DNA from: Candidatus Nitrospinota bacterium M3_3B_026
GTDB taxonomy: Bacteria > Nitrospinota_A > UBA7883 > JBPRGF01
DNA length: 64,000 bases
NCBI GenBank assembly: GCA_051418015.1
Contig: JBPRGF010000033.1
Span: 52,298 to 116,297 of the forward strand
Reading direction: 5' to 3'
Made by a program: the position numbers and the translations under genes. The notes under the pieces were generated by a model that saw only the letters and a program-made list of their open reading frames with translations, had not been told where the DNA came from and did no database searches. Below, one piece after another: positions 16,677 to 26,451 of this stretch. Positions within the stretch are counted from its first letter, which is position 1. Every line of letters starts with the position of its first letter.

Positions 16677-19088
16677 TCAGCGTTGGATGAGCCGCAACGA
16701 GGCCGCCGCCATGGCGTAAAGACACGCCGCGGCGGCCACCACCGCCATGAATCCGAAATGTATCGCCAGCAGGACCGCGAGGACGGCGCTCATGACCGAC
16801 GCGCAGCCGTTTATCCCCCATGCCCATGGGACGAGGGAGGGGGCCTTCTTTGCGACGAGGCTCAAACCCAGCGGGAAGGGCATCCCCATGAAAAACCCGA
16901 GAGGCGCAAGGAGGGCGACTGAGAGCGCGGCCTTCTGCGGCTCGGGGAAACCCGCGGTCATACCGAACACCGGCGGCAGGAGGAAAAGATACGCCCCGGC
17001 GATGGTTATGACGGCCCCGGCGGCGATATCAACCGGACGGAAACTTCCCGCCACGCGCTCCCCGAGCCTCGCCGAGAAACCGCTTCCCAGCCCCGCGAAG
17101 ACGAGAAACGAGCTGAGGATGACCGCCGCCGCGTATATCGGGTGGCTCAGGTAAAGGGTGAACTTCTGGATGAAGGACATCTCGATGAACATGAAACCGA
17201 GCCCCAGGCAAGTGAAATAGACAACAACTCCCGCGCCGCCCTTCGCCAGCGGCCCCCCGCCAAGCGCCCGCAACGGCGCCAGGACTAGCGCCGCGCTTAA
17301 CACAGCCGCCTGGACGAGCGCCGCGGACAGGATCACGTACCCCCACTCGACCAGCGGCGCGCCGCCGCGGCTTATCAGGCCGAAAAACTCGGGCGCTGAT
17401 CTCCACTTGAAAAAGTTGAAAAAATACGGCCTGTCGTCGGTGGCGGGGGATATGTCGAACTTGTAGCGCTCCATGAACTCCGCCCGCCCGCCGCCCAGTA
17501 TTTTCAACGCGCCTTCATAAAAGTATGGCGCCTGCAATATGTTCCTGGTGTTGACCTCCCCGGGCCGGACGCCGGGGTGATAGGCCGTGTCGAAGGATCG
17601 CCTGCCGCAGAAAGCCTTGATGGATTTTATGTCCTCCCGCGAAAACTCCCCGTTCTTCACAAGCAGGAGGATATGGCTCCAGCCTCGGACGAGGGCCATC
17701 CTTTTGCCCGGCGCTGTTTCGCCGTTTCGCTCCATGGCCTCCACGGCCGTGGCCAGTATTTTCAGCGTGTCCCTTGGCGGAAGCTTCAGCCTCCCCGTCA
17801 CCGCCAGCATCCCGCCGGGGGTCAGGCGGCGCAGGTAGCCCCGGAAAGCCTCCACTGTGTAGGCGAAGCCCTCGTTCAACGCCCCGGCGCCCGCCGCGTC
17901 CCCCGCGCTTCTCCCGGCGTGGAGCTGGATCAGGTCGTATCTTTTCTCCGTGGACGCGATATATCCCCTCGCCTCCGCCACGTGGACGCGGATGTTATCC
18001 CGGCCATATATCCCGCCCGCGAAACCGGAAAAGTCGTCCCGGACGAGCCTTGCCATGTCCGGGTTCGGCTCCACGGCGTCTACCGCGTCCGCGCCGTGGT
18101 AGAGGGCGAGAAGGACGCCCGATCCACCGCCCGCGCCAAGCGCCAGGACTTTCGGGCGGGTCAGCAGGTGGTAGGGCAGGGCGGAGAGGGTGTAGTCGAG
18201 GTATTCTATCGGCTGTTTGCCGCCGCTGTAGCGGGTGATCGCCGTCATGGCCCCGGCGTCGGTGAAGACGCCGAGCTGCTCCGGCGGCCAGGCGGGGCTG
18301 TTCAGGCTGAGGCCCGGCGCGTGGCGGAAGGGTATCAGCGGGCTTTTGACGACGGTCAGGAGCCCGAGCGGGCTTGTCCTTTTCTTTATCACTTTCGCCC
18401 CCGGCGCGAGGAGGGCCTGGCTAAGCTGCTTGTACTCGCTGATTTTCGGCTCAAGCCACGCCGCCGGAAGAAGCAGAGACGCCGAGGCCGCCAGAAGCGC
18501 CATGCCCGCCATCGCCGTCCTGCGCCTCCTCTCCGTCTCCAGCGCGGCGGCGAAAGCAGCGGCTGTCAGCGCCGCGGTGGACGCTGCTTTCATGAGCGTT
18601 TCCGGGTAAAACCAGAACATCGCCACCGTAATCAGAAAAGCCCCCGCCCCCGCCCCGGCAAGGTCGGCCCGGTATATGGCCCCGGCGCTTCTTTTTTTGT
18701 AAATGAACGCCAGCCCTATCACGTTCGCCGCGAAGAAAAAGGGGATGGAGAGGACAAGGTATATGGCCGCCATGTAGAGCGCCTGCCGCGCGTCCCAGGC
18801 GATTTCGAGCGGGTTGAAGGGTATTCGCTGGGCCGCGGCGTGGCAGGCGGGGGTCGAGACGCCGAAGAGAGCGGCGTTGAGGAAAAAAGCGGCGGGGAAA
18901 TCCCTTTCGAGCAGCCGCCGGGCCAGCGCCAGGAACGTGCCGCTCATCCCGAACCCCAGCAGCGCGAGGCTGATTATCATCCAGGCGAAATGGCTCCACT
19001 GGGAGATGGAGAACATCCGCATCAGGAGTATCTCCAGGCCGATGACGGCGGCGGAGATGATGAAGACGAGCGGGTAAAGAGTCGGCAT
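16677..19088 (-). CDS. Membrane-bound spermidine-synthase-like SAM-dependent methyltransferase
   Basis: N- and C-terminal multi-TM regions around VLALGAGGG, AVEPNP and PATDDRPYFF; ATG overlaps pcm stop (TGATG). Confidence 0.8.
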   Translation of the reverse strand: MPTLYPLVFIISAAVIGLEILLMRMFSISQWSHFAWMIISLALLGFGMSGTFLALARRLLERDFPAAFFLNAALFGVSTPACHAAAQRIPFNPLEIAWDARQALYMAAIYLVLSIPFFFAANVIGLAFIYKKRSAGAIYRADLAGAGAGAFLITVAMFWFYPETLMKAASTAALTAAAFAAALETERRRRTAMAGMALLAASASLLLPAAWLEPKISEYKQLSQALLAPGAKVIKKRTSPLGLLTVVKSPLIPFRHAPGLSLNSPAWPPEQLGVFTDAGAMTAITRYSGGKQPIEYLDYTLSALPYHLLTRPKVLALGAGGGSGVLLALYHGADAVDAVEPNPDMARLVRDDFSGFAGGIYGRDNIRVHVAEARGYIASTEKRYDLIQLHAGRSAGDAAGAGALNEGFAYTVEAFRGYLRRLTPGGMLAVTGRLKLPPRDTLKILATAVEAMERNGETAPGKRMALVRGWSHILLLVKNGEFSREDIKSIKAFCGRRSFDTAYHPGVRPGEVNTRNILQAPYFYEGALKILGGGRAEFMERYKFDISPATDDRPYFFNFFKWRSAPEFFGLISRGGAPLVEWGYVILSAALVQAAVLSAALVLAPLRALGGGPLAKGGAGVVVYFTCLGLGFMFIEMSFIQKFTLYLSHPIYAAAVILSSFLVFAGLGSGFSARLGERVAGSFRPVDIAAGAVITIAGAYLFLLPPVFGMTAGFPEPQKAALSVALLAPLGFFMGMPFPLGLSLVAKKAPSLVPWAWGINGCASVMSAVLAVLLAIHFGFMAVVAAAACLYAMAAASLRLIQR

Positions 19089-19819
19089 CAACGCCTGCCA
19101 GTGAGGGGCACGAACCGGACGGGCAGCACCTGCCTGGTGGTGACCGTCCCGTCCCCGGCCTTCTCGACGAAGGTCAGCTGCTGAGCCATGAACCTCCCCC
19201 CCACGGGGATAACCATGCGCCCGCCGGGCTTGAGCTGCCGGACGAGCGGCGGGGGAACGTGATCGGCGGCGGCAGTCACAACTATAGCGTCGAAGGGGGC
19301 GCGCTCGGGCCAGCCGTAGTAGCCGTCCCCTACCTTTACCGTGACGTTATCATACCCCAGGCGCTCGAGCCTCTCCCTGGCGCTTCGCCCCAGCTCGGGG
19401 ATTATCTCGATGGTGTGCACCTCCTTCACGAGAGGGGAGAGCACCGCCGCCTGGTAGCCCGAGCCTGTCCCAACCTCCAGGACCACGTCGTCCCCGTCCA
19501 CGTCCAGAAGGTCGGTCATCAGCGCGACTATGTAAGGCTGGGAGATCGTCTGGCCATGGCCTATGGGGAGGGGGCGGTTCAGGTACGCCATGTCCCTGTG
19601 TTTTTCGGGGACGAAAAGATGACGCTTCGCCCCGGCGATGGACTTCATGACCTTTTCGTCGAGCCTGTCTTTGCCGACCCATGAGCTGGTCTCCTGGACG
19701 TCGCGCTCGATCTGGCGGACAAGGCGCTCCCGCTCCTCCTGGTACGGGCTGGACGAAAGAGCGGCCCCCGCCCACGCCAGGACGGCAAGCGGCAGGGCAA
19801 ACGGCATGGTCATCCTCAT
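19088..19819 (-). CDS. pcm: Protein-L-isoaspartate O-methyltransferase with N-terminal signal-like peptide
   Basis: GQTISQPYIVA, VLEVGTGSGYQAA, APFDAIVVTAA, LKPGGRMVIPVG, VRFVPL. Confidence 0.93.
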   Translation of the reverse strand: MRMTMPFALPLAVLAWAGAALSSSPYQEERERLVRQIERDVQETSSWVGKDRLDEKVMKSIAGAKRHLFVPEKHRDMAYLNRPLPIGHGQTISQPYIVALMTDLLDVDGDDVVLEVGTGSGYQAAVLSPLVKEVHTIEIIPELGRSARERLERLGYDNVTVKVGDGYYGWPERAPFDAIVVTAAADHVPPPLVRQLKPGGRMVIPVGGRFMAQQLTFVEKAGDGTVTTRQVLPVRFVPLTGRR

Positions 19820-19949
19820 CGGCGCGCCTCTCCATGCGGAACCACCTGACTATGATATTAAATCAGGCCGCCGCCGCTCTCAACACCCCCGCCGGGGCTT
19901 GGTAGAATGGAGCCTTCACCGGGGCCGTGAATTTTTTTTGGTGGAGGTC

Positions 19950-20750
19950 ATGCCGGAGCTGCCGGACGTGGAGGCGTTCAAGAGATACCTGAACGCCACG
20001 TCCCTTCACAAGACCATCGGGAGAGTGAAAGTATACGCCCCGGACGTGCTTGAAGGAGTCTCGGGCCGGAGGCTGAGGAACGCCCTCGAGGGGAAGAGCC
20101 TGGATCAGACCCGCCGCCACGGCAAGTATCTTTTCGCGCGGATAAGCGGAGGCGGCTGGCTTGTCATGCATTTCGGCATGACCGGGCGCCTGAAATATTT
20201 CAAGGGGACTCACAGCCCGCCGCGCCACACGCGGCTTCTTCTCTCCTTCGAGAACGGTTTCAACCTCGCCTACATCCTCCAGCGCAAGCTCGGCAGGGTG
20301 TTCCTCGCCGGGAGCGGCGGCTCGTTCATAAAAGAACGCGGCCTCGGCCCCGATGCCATGACGATAGGCCGAGCCCCGTTCCTCCAGCGTCTGGGCAAAG
20401 GCAGGGGCGGCGTCAAGCCGTGGCTCATGAACCAGGGTAACATCGCGGGGATCGGCAACATATATTCCGACGAAATTCTGTTCCAGGCCCGCGTCCATCC
20501 GCTGAGAAAGACCGGCTCGCTCGACGAGACGGCGGGAAAGCGCCTGTTCCGGAAGACGCGCAGCGTTCTGAAAACCGCGTCGGACGCCGGGGCGGACCCG
20601 GAGGCCATGCCCCGCTCGTGGCTTATGCGTCATCGGAAAGGCGGGGGCCGGTGCCCGAGATGCTCCTCACCGCTCGCGACCCTGAAGGCGGCGGGGAGAA
20701 CGTCATGGTTTTGCCCGGAATGCCAGCCCGCGCGGCCCACGGACCAGTAA
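19950..20750 (+). CDS. mutM: Fpg/Nei family DNA glycosylase
   Basis: MPELPDVE, RHGKYL, HFGMTG, GIGNIYSDEILF, CPRC...CPECQ zinc finger; GGAGG RBS. Confidence 0.85.
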   Translation: MPELPDVEAFKRYLNATSLHKTIGRVKVYAPDVLEGVSGRRLRNALEGKSLDQTRRHGKYLFARISGGGWLVMHFGMTGRLKYFKGTHSPPRHTRLLLSFENGFNLAYILQRKLGRVFLAGSGGSFIKERGLGPDAMTIGRAPFLQRLGKGRGGVKPWLMNQGNIAGIGNIYSDEILFQARVHPLRKTGSLDETAGKRLFRKTRSVLKTASDAGADPEAMPRSWLMRHRKGGGRCPRCSSPLATLKAAGRTSWFCPECQPARPTDQ

Positions 20751-21057
20751 GCGTTTCCGCTTTACGGTCAAAATATTCTGATAAACTGGGATAATAATTG
20801 GAATGAAAAAAGCAATGGCGCCGCATGAAGCGTCAACAGCGCCCCCTGGGCCCCTGAAAAAAGCGCAAGCGAGGCCCGCGCCGCCTTGCGCCGGCGTCCA
20901 AGGGAGTGCTTGTTCTTTTTACGGGAAGGTTATAAGTTAATATCAGCAGCCTTCAGGAGTCCGAGAGGCTGCCGTCATGGGTTTGTTTTTTGACGTGGCG
21001 CCGGAGGCGGCGGGATTCCCGGCGGTCCGCCGGCTTTCCCAGGAAAGGTGGCTGTAG

Positions 21058-24000
21058 ATGCTGGTTACGGGTGTACTTGGTTTTTCCATCCTGCTCCAGC
21101 TCTATGCCGCCGTCCTCGCCTTGAGGCTCGTCAGGGTCACCGGCCACCGGGTCGGCTGGGCGCTGATCGCGGCCGCGGTGTTCCTCATGGCCGCCCGCAG
21201 GAGCATAACCTTCGTCCGCCTGGTCAGAGGCGACATGGCCCACCCGCCGGACCTGCAGGCGGAGATCGTGGCGCTTTTCATATCCATTTTCATGGTGTCC
21301 GGCCTTTTCCTGGTGGCCCCCTTTTTCCGGTCCATCCGCGAGACCGAGCGGACGGCGGGGAAGGTGAACAGGGAGCTGCGGGCCTTGAGCGAGGTGAACG
21401 AGGCGGTGCTGAAGGTGAAGAGCGAGGCGGCCCTGCTCAGCGAGGCCTGCCGCATAGTCGTGGAGACCGGCGGGTACAAGCTCGCGTGGGTGGGCTACGC
21501 CGGGGACGACGAGGATAAAACCGTCTATCCCGTCGCCCATTGCGGCTTCGAGGACGGCTACCTGGAGACCGTCAGGATAAGCTGGGCGGACGACGAGAGC
21601 GGCCGCGGCCCGACGGGCACGGCGATCAGGACCGGCGAGCCGTCCATAATCCGCGATATCCGAGCCGACCCCCGCTACACGCCCTGGCGGGCGCAGGCGG
21701 AAAAGCGCGGCTACGCCTCCTCGGCGGCGATCCCGCTCCTCGTGGATGGGAAGACGCTGGGCGCGCTGAACGTCTACTCGGAGGAGGCCGGCGTTTTCGA
21801 CGACGATGAGATCGAGTTGTTGCAGAAGATCGCCACGGACCTCGCCGGGGCCGTGACGGCGATCAAGGCGCGCGAGGAGAGCGAGGCCGCCAGGAGGATG
21901 GTCTTCGAAAGCGAGGCCAGGCTGGACGCCATCACCTCCGCCGCCCAGGACGCCATCGTCATGCTGGACGACGAGGGGAAGATAAGGTTCTGGAACCCCG
22001 CCGCGGAGCGGATGTTCGGCTACACCTGGGCGGAGGTCAACGGCGAGGATATAACCGGCCTGACAGTCCCCGAGAAATACCGGGAAAGGCACAGGCGGGG
22101 CTTCGAGGGTTTCATAAAAGAAGGCAAGGGGCCCATCGTCGGCAATACGGTGGAGTTCACGGGACAGAGAAGGGACGGCTCCGAGTTTCCCATCACCCTG
22201 TCCGTCTCGGCGATCCAGCTCAACGGCAGGTGGAACGCCGTCGGCGTTGTCCGGGATATCACGGAGCAGAAGAAAAACGAGGAGGAGCTTCGCAGGCGCA
22301 CTCAGGAGCTCGGCGAGCGGGTCAAGGAGATGCGGTGTCTGTACGGCGTCTCCAGCCTCGTCCGCTCCGCGGAGACGGACCCGGAGAAGGTCATGCCCCG
22401 CGTCGTGGAGCTTCTGCCGCCGGGCTGGCAGTATCCGGACATCACCTGCGCCAGGATCGTCCTGGAGGGCAGGGAGTACAAGACCGCGAACTACTCCGCC
22501 ACGCGCTGGCGGCAGTCCGCCGATATCACGGCGATGGGGGAGAAGATAGGCGAGCTGGAGGTTCGGTATCTCGAGGCCATGCCGGAGATGGACGAGGGGC
22601 CGTTTTTGAAGGAGGAGAGGGACCTTATAAACGCCCTCGCCGACGTCATCGGCAGGGCCGTGGAGGAGGGCCGCGCCGCGAGGGCCATCAAGGCCTCCGA
22701 GGAGAAATACCGGAACCTGTTCGAGTATGCCAACGAGGGGATCATGATGGTCGACCCGGAGACCTTCAGGATCATCGAAGCCAACGAGGTGGCCGCCTCC
22801 CGGCTCGGCTACACCCGCGAGGAGTTTTTGAAGCTGACCGTGAACGACATCAACCCGCCCGGCTACGACCCGGCGAGGGACATCCCCCTGAAAGACCTGA
22901 GGGAGGGCAAGAGCGTCATCTTTGAGCGGCGCCACAGGCGCAAGAACGGCTCCATCCTTCACGCCGAGGTGAGCGCGAAGCTGGTCGATTACGACGGCCG
23001 AAAGGCCATCCAGGGTTTCGTGCGCGACATCTCCGGGCGCAAGGCCGCCGAGGAGGCGCTGATGGAGTCGGAGCGGGCCCTGGCGGCCCTGATGGGCAAT
23101 CTGCCCGGCATGGCCTACCGCTGCCTGAACGACAGGGACTGGACGATGGAGTTCGTGAGCGAGGGATGCCTGGACCTCACGGGATACAAGGTCAGCGACA
23201 TGCTGGGGAACCGGATTGTCTCTTACGCCGACCTCATCCATCCCGACGACCGGGAGATGGTCTGGAAAGAGGTCCAGGAGGCGATCAGGAAGGGCGAGTC
23301 CTACACCCTGATGTACAGGATCACGACCGCGGACGGCCAACTGCGGTGGGTCTGGGAGAAGGGGGCGGCGGTCCGCTCCGGCGACGGGGACGTGGAGGAG
23401 CTGGAAGGCTTCATAAGCGACATAACCGCCCTGAAGCGGGCCGAGGAGGCCCTCTCCGAGAGCGAGTCGCGCCTGCGGGTGATAACCGACACGGCCATAG
23501 ACTCCATCATCCAGATGGACGACGAGGGACGCATAACATTCTGGAACAAGGCGGCGGAGAGGATGTTCGGCTACTCGCCGGAGGAGGCCATAGGGCAGGA
23601 CCTGCACAGGCTGCTCGCGCCGGAGCGTTATTACGATGACTTCAGCAAGGCTTTCGATGAGTTCAAGACCAGCGGGACGGGCCCCCTGACCGAGAGAGTT
23701 ACGGAGATAGGAGCTGTCAGGAAAAGCGGCGAGGAGTTTCCCGTGGAGATAGCCATCGCTTCCGTCAGGCTCGGGGGCAAATGGCACGCCGTCGGCGTCG
23801 TCCGCGACGCGAGCGCCCGCAAGCGGATGGAGGACTGGCTGGTGAAGCTTTCCATGGCGATCGACACGGCCCCCACGATCGTCATGATAACCGGCGCGGA
23901 AGGGCGCGTGGAATACGTCAACCCCTCCTTCACCACCGTCACCGGCTATGAGCCGGACGAGATTATCGGCAGGAGCGCAGGCGACCTTGGCGGGATGGCC

Positions 24001-25374
24001 CCGGAGGAGAGCGAGAGGATGTGGGCGGCCCTGAGGGAGCGGGGGGAATGGCAGGGCGAGTTCTACAACAGGAAAAAGGATGGAGGCCGCTACTGGGAGC
24101 GCGCCACCATATCCGCGGTGAGGGACAGGGACGGCGGGATCGTCAACTACCTGAAGGTCGCCGAGGACGTGACGGAGAGAAGGGAGGCCGAGGACAAGCT
24201 CAAGGAGGCGGGGGAGTTTCTCCGCAGGCTGCTCGACACCATCCCCAATCCCCTCTTTTACAAGAACACCGAGGGGGTCTACATCGGTTGCAACGAAGCC
24301 TTCGCGAAGTACCTCGGCCTCGAGCGGGACGAGATAATCGGCAAGACCGTTTACGACATCGCTCCGAAGGACCTCGCCGATGTATACGAAGATAAGGACC
24401 GGCTGCTTTTCGAAAACCCCGGCGTGCAGACCTACGAGACGCGGGTGAGAGGGAGGGACGGCAAGAGGCGCGACGCGGTCTTCAGCAAGGCCACCTACAC
24501 CGACGCCAAGGGAGCGGTGGCCGGGCTGGTGGGGGTGATAATAGACATCACCGAGCGCAAGGAGTGGGAGACCTCGCTGCAGGAGACCAACGAGCGGCTC
24601 CAGAGCGCCTTCTCCGAGCTTCGCAAGGCGCAGACCATGCTCATCCGTCAGGAGAAGCTCGCCTCGATGGGCGCTCTCTCCGCCGGGGTGGCCCACGAGA
24701 TAAAAAACCCCCTCAACATCATATCCACCTCCGTCCAGCTTCTGATGATGGAGGAGGGGATACCCGACGACGTGATGAAGTCCTACCGGACGATCATGGA
24801 CCAGGTGAAGAGGGCCGTGAAGATCACCGACAACCTGAGGGACTTCGCCCGTGAGCGCAAACCCGAGGTGACGGACATAGACCTTGGCGATTTCCTGGAG
24901 AAGACCATAGCGCTGGTGGAATACGAGATGCGCACCGAGAGCATAGAGATAACCAGGATCTTCGACCCGGAGACCATGGCGATAAAAGGCGACCCCGACC
25001 AGCTGGCCCAGGTTTTCCTGAACATCATAGGCAACGCGCGGGAGAGCATGAACGAGAAAAGGGAGAGATTCTCCTACGACAGGCTGAGCAAGATGGGCTG
25101 GAGGGGACGGCTTTCAATATCCACCCGCGTGATGGACGGAGAGGTCAGGATAGCTTTTCGGGACAGCGGGATGGGGCTTTCGAAAGAGGCCATGGAGAAG
25201 GTGTTCGACCCGTTTTTCACGACCAAGCCGGAGGGGAAGGGGACAGGGCTCGGCATGGCGATAGCCTACGGGATCATAGAGAACCACGGGGGGCGGATAG
25301 AGGCCGACTCGGCGCCGGGGGAATGGGCGGAGTTCGCCGTATACCTGCCCATCGCCGGAAGAGGAGGAAAGTGA
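21058..25374 (+). CDS. Membrane-anchored GAF / multi-PAS sensor histidine kinase
   Basis: 3 TM, GAF, about six PAS/PAC repeats, AHEIKNPL H-box, QVFLNIIGNA, DSGMG, FFTTKPEGKGTGLG. Confidence 0.92.
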   Translation: MLVTGVLGFSILLQLYAAVLALRLVRVTGHRVGWALIAAAVFLMAARRSITFVRLVRGDMAHPPDLQAEIVALFISIFMVSGLFLVAPFFRSIRETERTAGKVNRELRALSEVNEAVLKVKSEAALLSEACRIVVETGGYKLAWVGYAGDDEDKTVYPVAHCGFEDGYLETVRISWADDESGRGPTGTAIRTGEPSIIRDIRADPRYTPWRAQAEKRGYASSAAIPLLVDGKTLGALNVYSEEAGVFDDDEIELLQKIATDLAGAVTAIKAREESEAARRMVFESEARLDAITSAAQDAIVMLDDEGKIRFWNPAAERMFGYTWAEVNGEDITGLTVPEKYRERHRRGFEGFIKEGKGPIVGNTVEFTGQRRDGSEFPITLSVSAIQLNGRWNAVGVVRDITEQKKNEEELRRRTQELGERVKEMRCLYGVSSLVRSAETDPEKVMPRVVELLPPGWQYPDITCARIVLEGREYKTANYSATRWRQSADITAMGEKIGELEVRYLEAMPEMDEGPFLKEERDLINALADVIGRAVEEGRAARAIKASEEKYRNLFEYANEGIMMVDPETFRIIEANEVAASRLGYTREEFLKLTVNDINPPGYDPARDIPLKDLREGKSVIFERRHRRKNGSILHAEVSAKLVDYDGRKAIQGFVRDISGRKAAEEALMESERALAALMGNLPGMAYRCLNDRDWTMEFVSEGCLDLTGYKVSDMLGNRIVSYADLIHPDDREMVWKEVQEAIRKGESYTLMYRITTADGQLRWVWEKGAAVRSGDGDVEELEGFISDITALKRAEEALSESESRLRVITDTAIDSIIQMDDEGRITFWNKAAERMFGYSPEEAIGQDLHRLLAPERYYDDFSKAFDEFKTSGTGPLTERVTEIGAVRKSGEEFPVEIAIASVRLGGKWHAVGVVRDASARKRMEDWLVKLSMAIDTAPTIVMITGAEGRVEYVNPSFTTVTGYEPDEIIGRSAGDLGGMAPEESERMWAALRERGEWQGEFYNRKKDGGRYWERATISAVRDRDGGIVNYLKVAEDVTERREAEDKLKEAGEFLRRLLDTIPNPLFYKNTEGVYIGCNEAFAKYLGLERDEIIGKTVYDIAPKDLADVYEDKDRLLFENPGVQTYETRVRGRDGKRRDAVFSKATYTDAKGAVAGLVGVIIDITERKEWETSLQETNERLQSAFSELRKAQTMLIRQEKLASMGALSAGVAHEIKNPLNIISTSVQLLMMEEGIPDDVMKSYRTIMDQVKRAVKITDNLRDFARERKPEVTDIDLGDFLEKTIALVEYEMRTESIEITRIFDPETMAIKGDPDQLAQVFLNIIGNARESMNEKRERFSYDRLSKMGWRGRLSISTRVMDGEVRIAFRDSGMGLSKEAMEKVFDPFFTTKPEGKGTGLGMAIAYGIIENHGGRIEADSAPGEWAEFAVYLPIAGRGGK

Positions 25375-25395
25375 TGAATTCGATGGGAGGCTCAC

Positions 25396-26448
25396 ATGAG
25401 TGACGGCCTGTTCAGCGTCCTGGTGGTGGACGACGAGGTGCCCGCCTGCCTGACCCTGGAAAGGTTCCTGCAAAAAAGGGGATACGGAGCCCGCTCCGTC
25501 CACACCGGCGAGGAGGCGGTCAGGAGCGTCAAGGAGTCCGCTCCGGACATCGTGGTGCTGGACATCAAGATGCCCGGGATGGACGGGATCGAGACGCTCA
25601 AGCGCATACGGAAAATAAACGAGGACATGGTCGTTATCATGCTGACGGCCCTGGACGACGTGGAGACGGCTCTCATCACGATAAGGGAAGGCGCGGACGA
25701 TTTTTTGCGCAAGCCTGTGGTGTTGCCGGAGCTTGAGCACTACATAACCTCCGCCCTGGAGAAAAGGCGCCTTGTCCGCGAAAACCGCGATTACCAGGAG
25801 AACCTCGAAAAGAAAGTGGCCGAGCAGACAGCCGAGCTGCGGTCCATGAACGAGTACCTTAAAAAGACCAACCTGGAGATAGTCCGCTCCCTCTCCGAGG
25901 CGATCGAGGCGAAGGACCCGTACACCCGCGGCCATTGCCGGAGGGTCACGAACCTGTCGATGGCGCTTGCCAGGAAGGCCGGAATCGACGACGGGAAGCT
26001 GGAGACGCTGGAGTATGGCTGCCTGTTGCATGACATCGGCAAGATAGGCGTCCGCGGCGCCGTGTTGAACAAGCCCGGCAGGCTCACCCCCGAGGAGTTC
26101 GAGCACGTGAAGAAACATTCGGAGATAGGGGATAGAATAATAGCGAGCGTGGATTTTTTGAGGAGCGCCCGGATGATAGTGAGAAACCACCACGAGCGCT
26201 ACGACGGAAAAGGCTACCCGGACGGGCTGAAAGGGGACGGGATGAGCGACCTTGTGAAGATATCCGTCATAGTTGACGCCTACGACGCCATGACCAGCGA
26301 CAGACCCTACCGGACGGCCATGAGCGTCGAGAGGGCCCTGTCCATCCTGAAGGAAAACGCCGGAAGCCAGTTCGACCCGGAGCTTGTGGAGATTTTCATA
26401 AGGGAGAAGGTTTACCTGGAGGCCGAAAACGACCGGCGGCGGGACTGA
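25396..26448 (+). CDS. Response regulator with HD-GYP output
   Basis: REC plus LLHDIGKIG and HHERYDGKGYPDGL. Confidence 0.92.
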   Translation: MSDGLFSVLVVDDEVPACLTLERFLQKRGYGARSVHTGEEAVRSVKESAPDIVVLDIKMPGMDGIETLKRIRKINEDMVVIMLTALDDVETALITIREGADDFLRKPVVLPELEHYITSALEKRRLVRENRDYQENLEKKVAEQTAELRSMNEYLKKTNLEIVRSLSEAIEAKDPYTRGHCRRVTNLSMALARKAGIDDGKLETLEYGCLLHDIGKIGVRGAVLNKPGRLTPEEFEHVKKHSEIGDRIIASVDFLRSARMIVRNHHERYDGKGYPDGLKGDGMSDLVKISVIVDAYDAMTSDRPYRTAMSVERALSILKENAGSQFDPELVEIFIREKVYLEAENDRRRD

Positions 26449-26451
26449 CCT

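Noticed and set aside
20953-24696. 1247-aa minus-strand ORF, and other long antisense ORFs such as 51791-54646, 34099-36069 and 47784-49373
   Set aside because: They lie opposite well-supported genes and have no recognisable motifs; such shadows are expected from high-GC codon bias.
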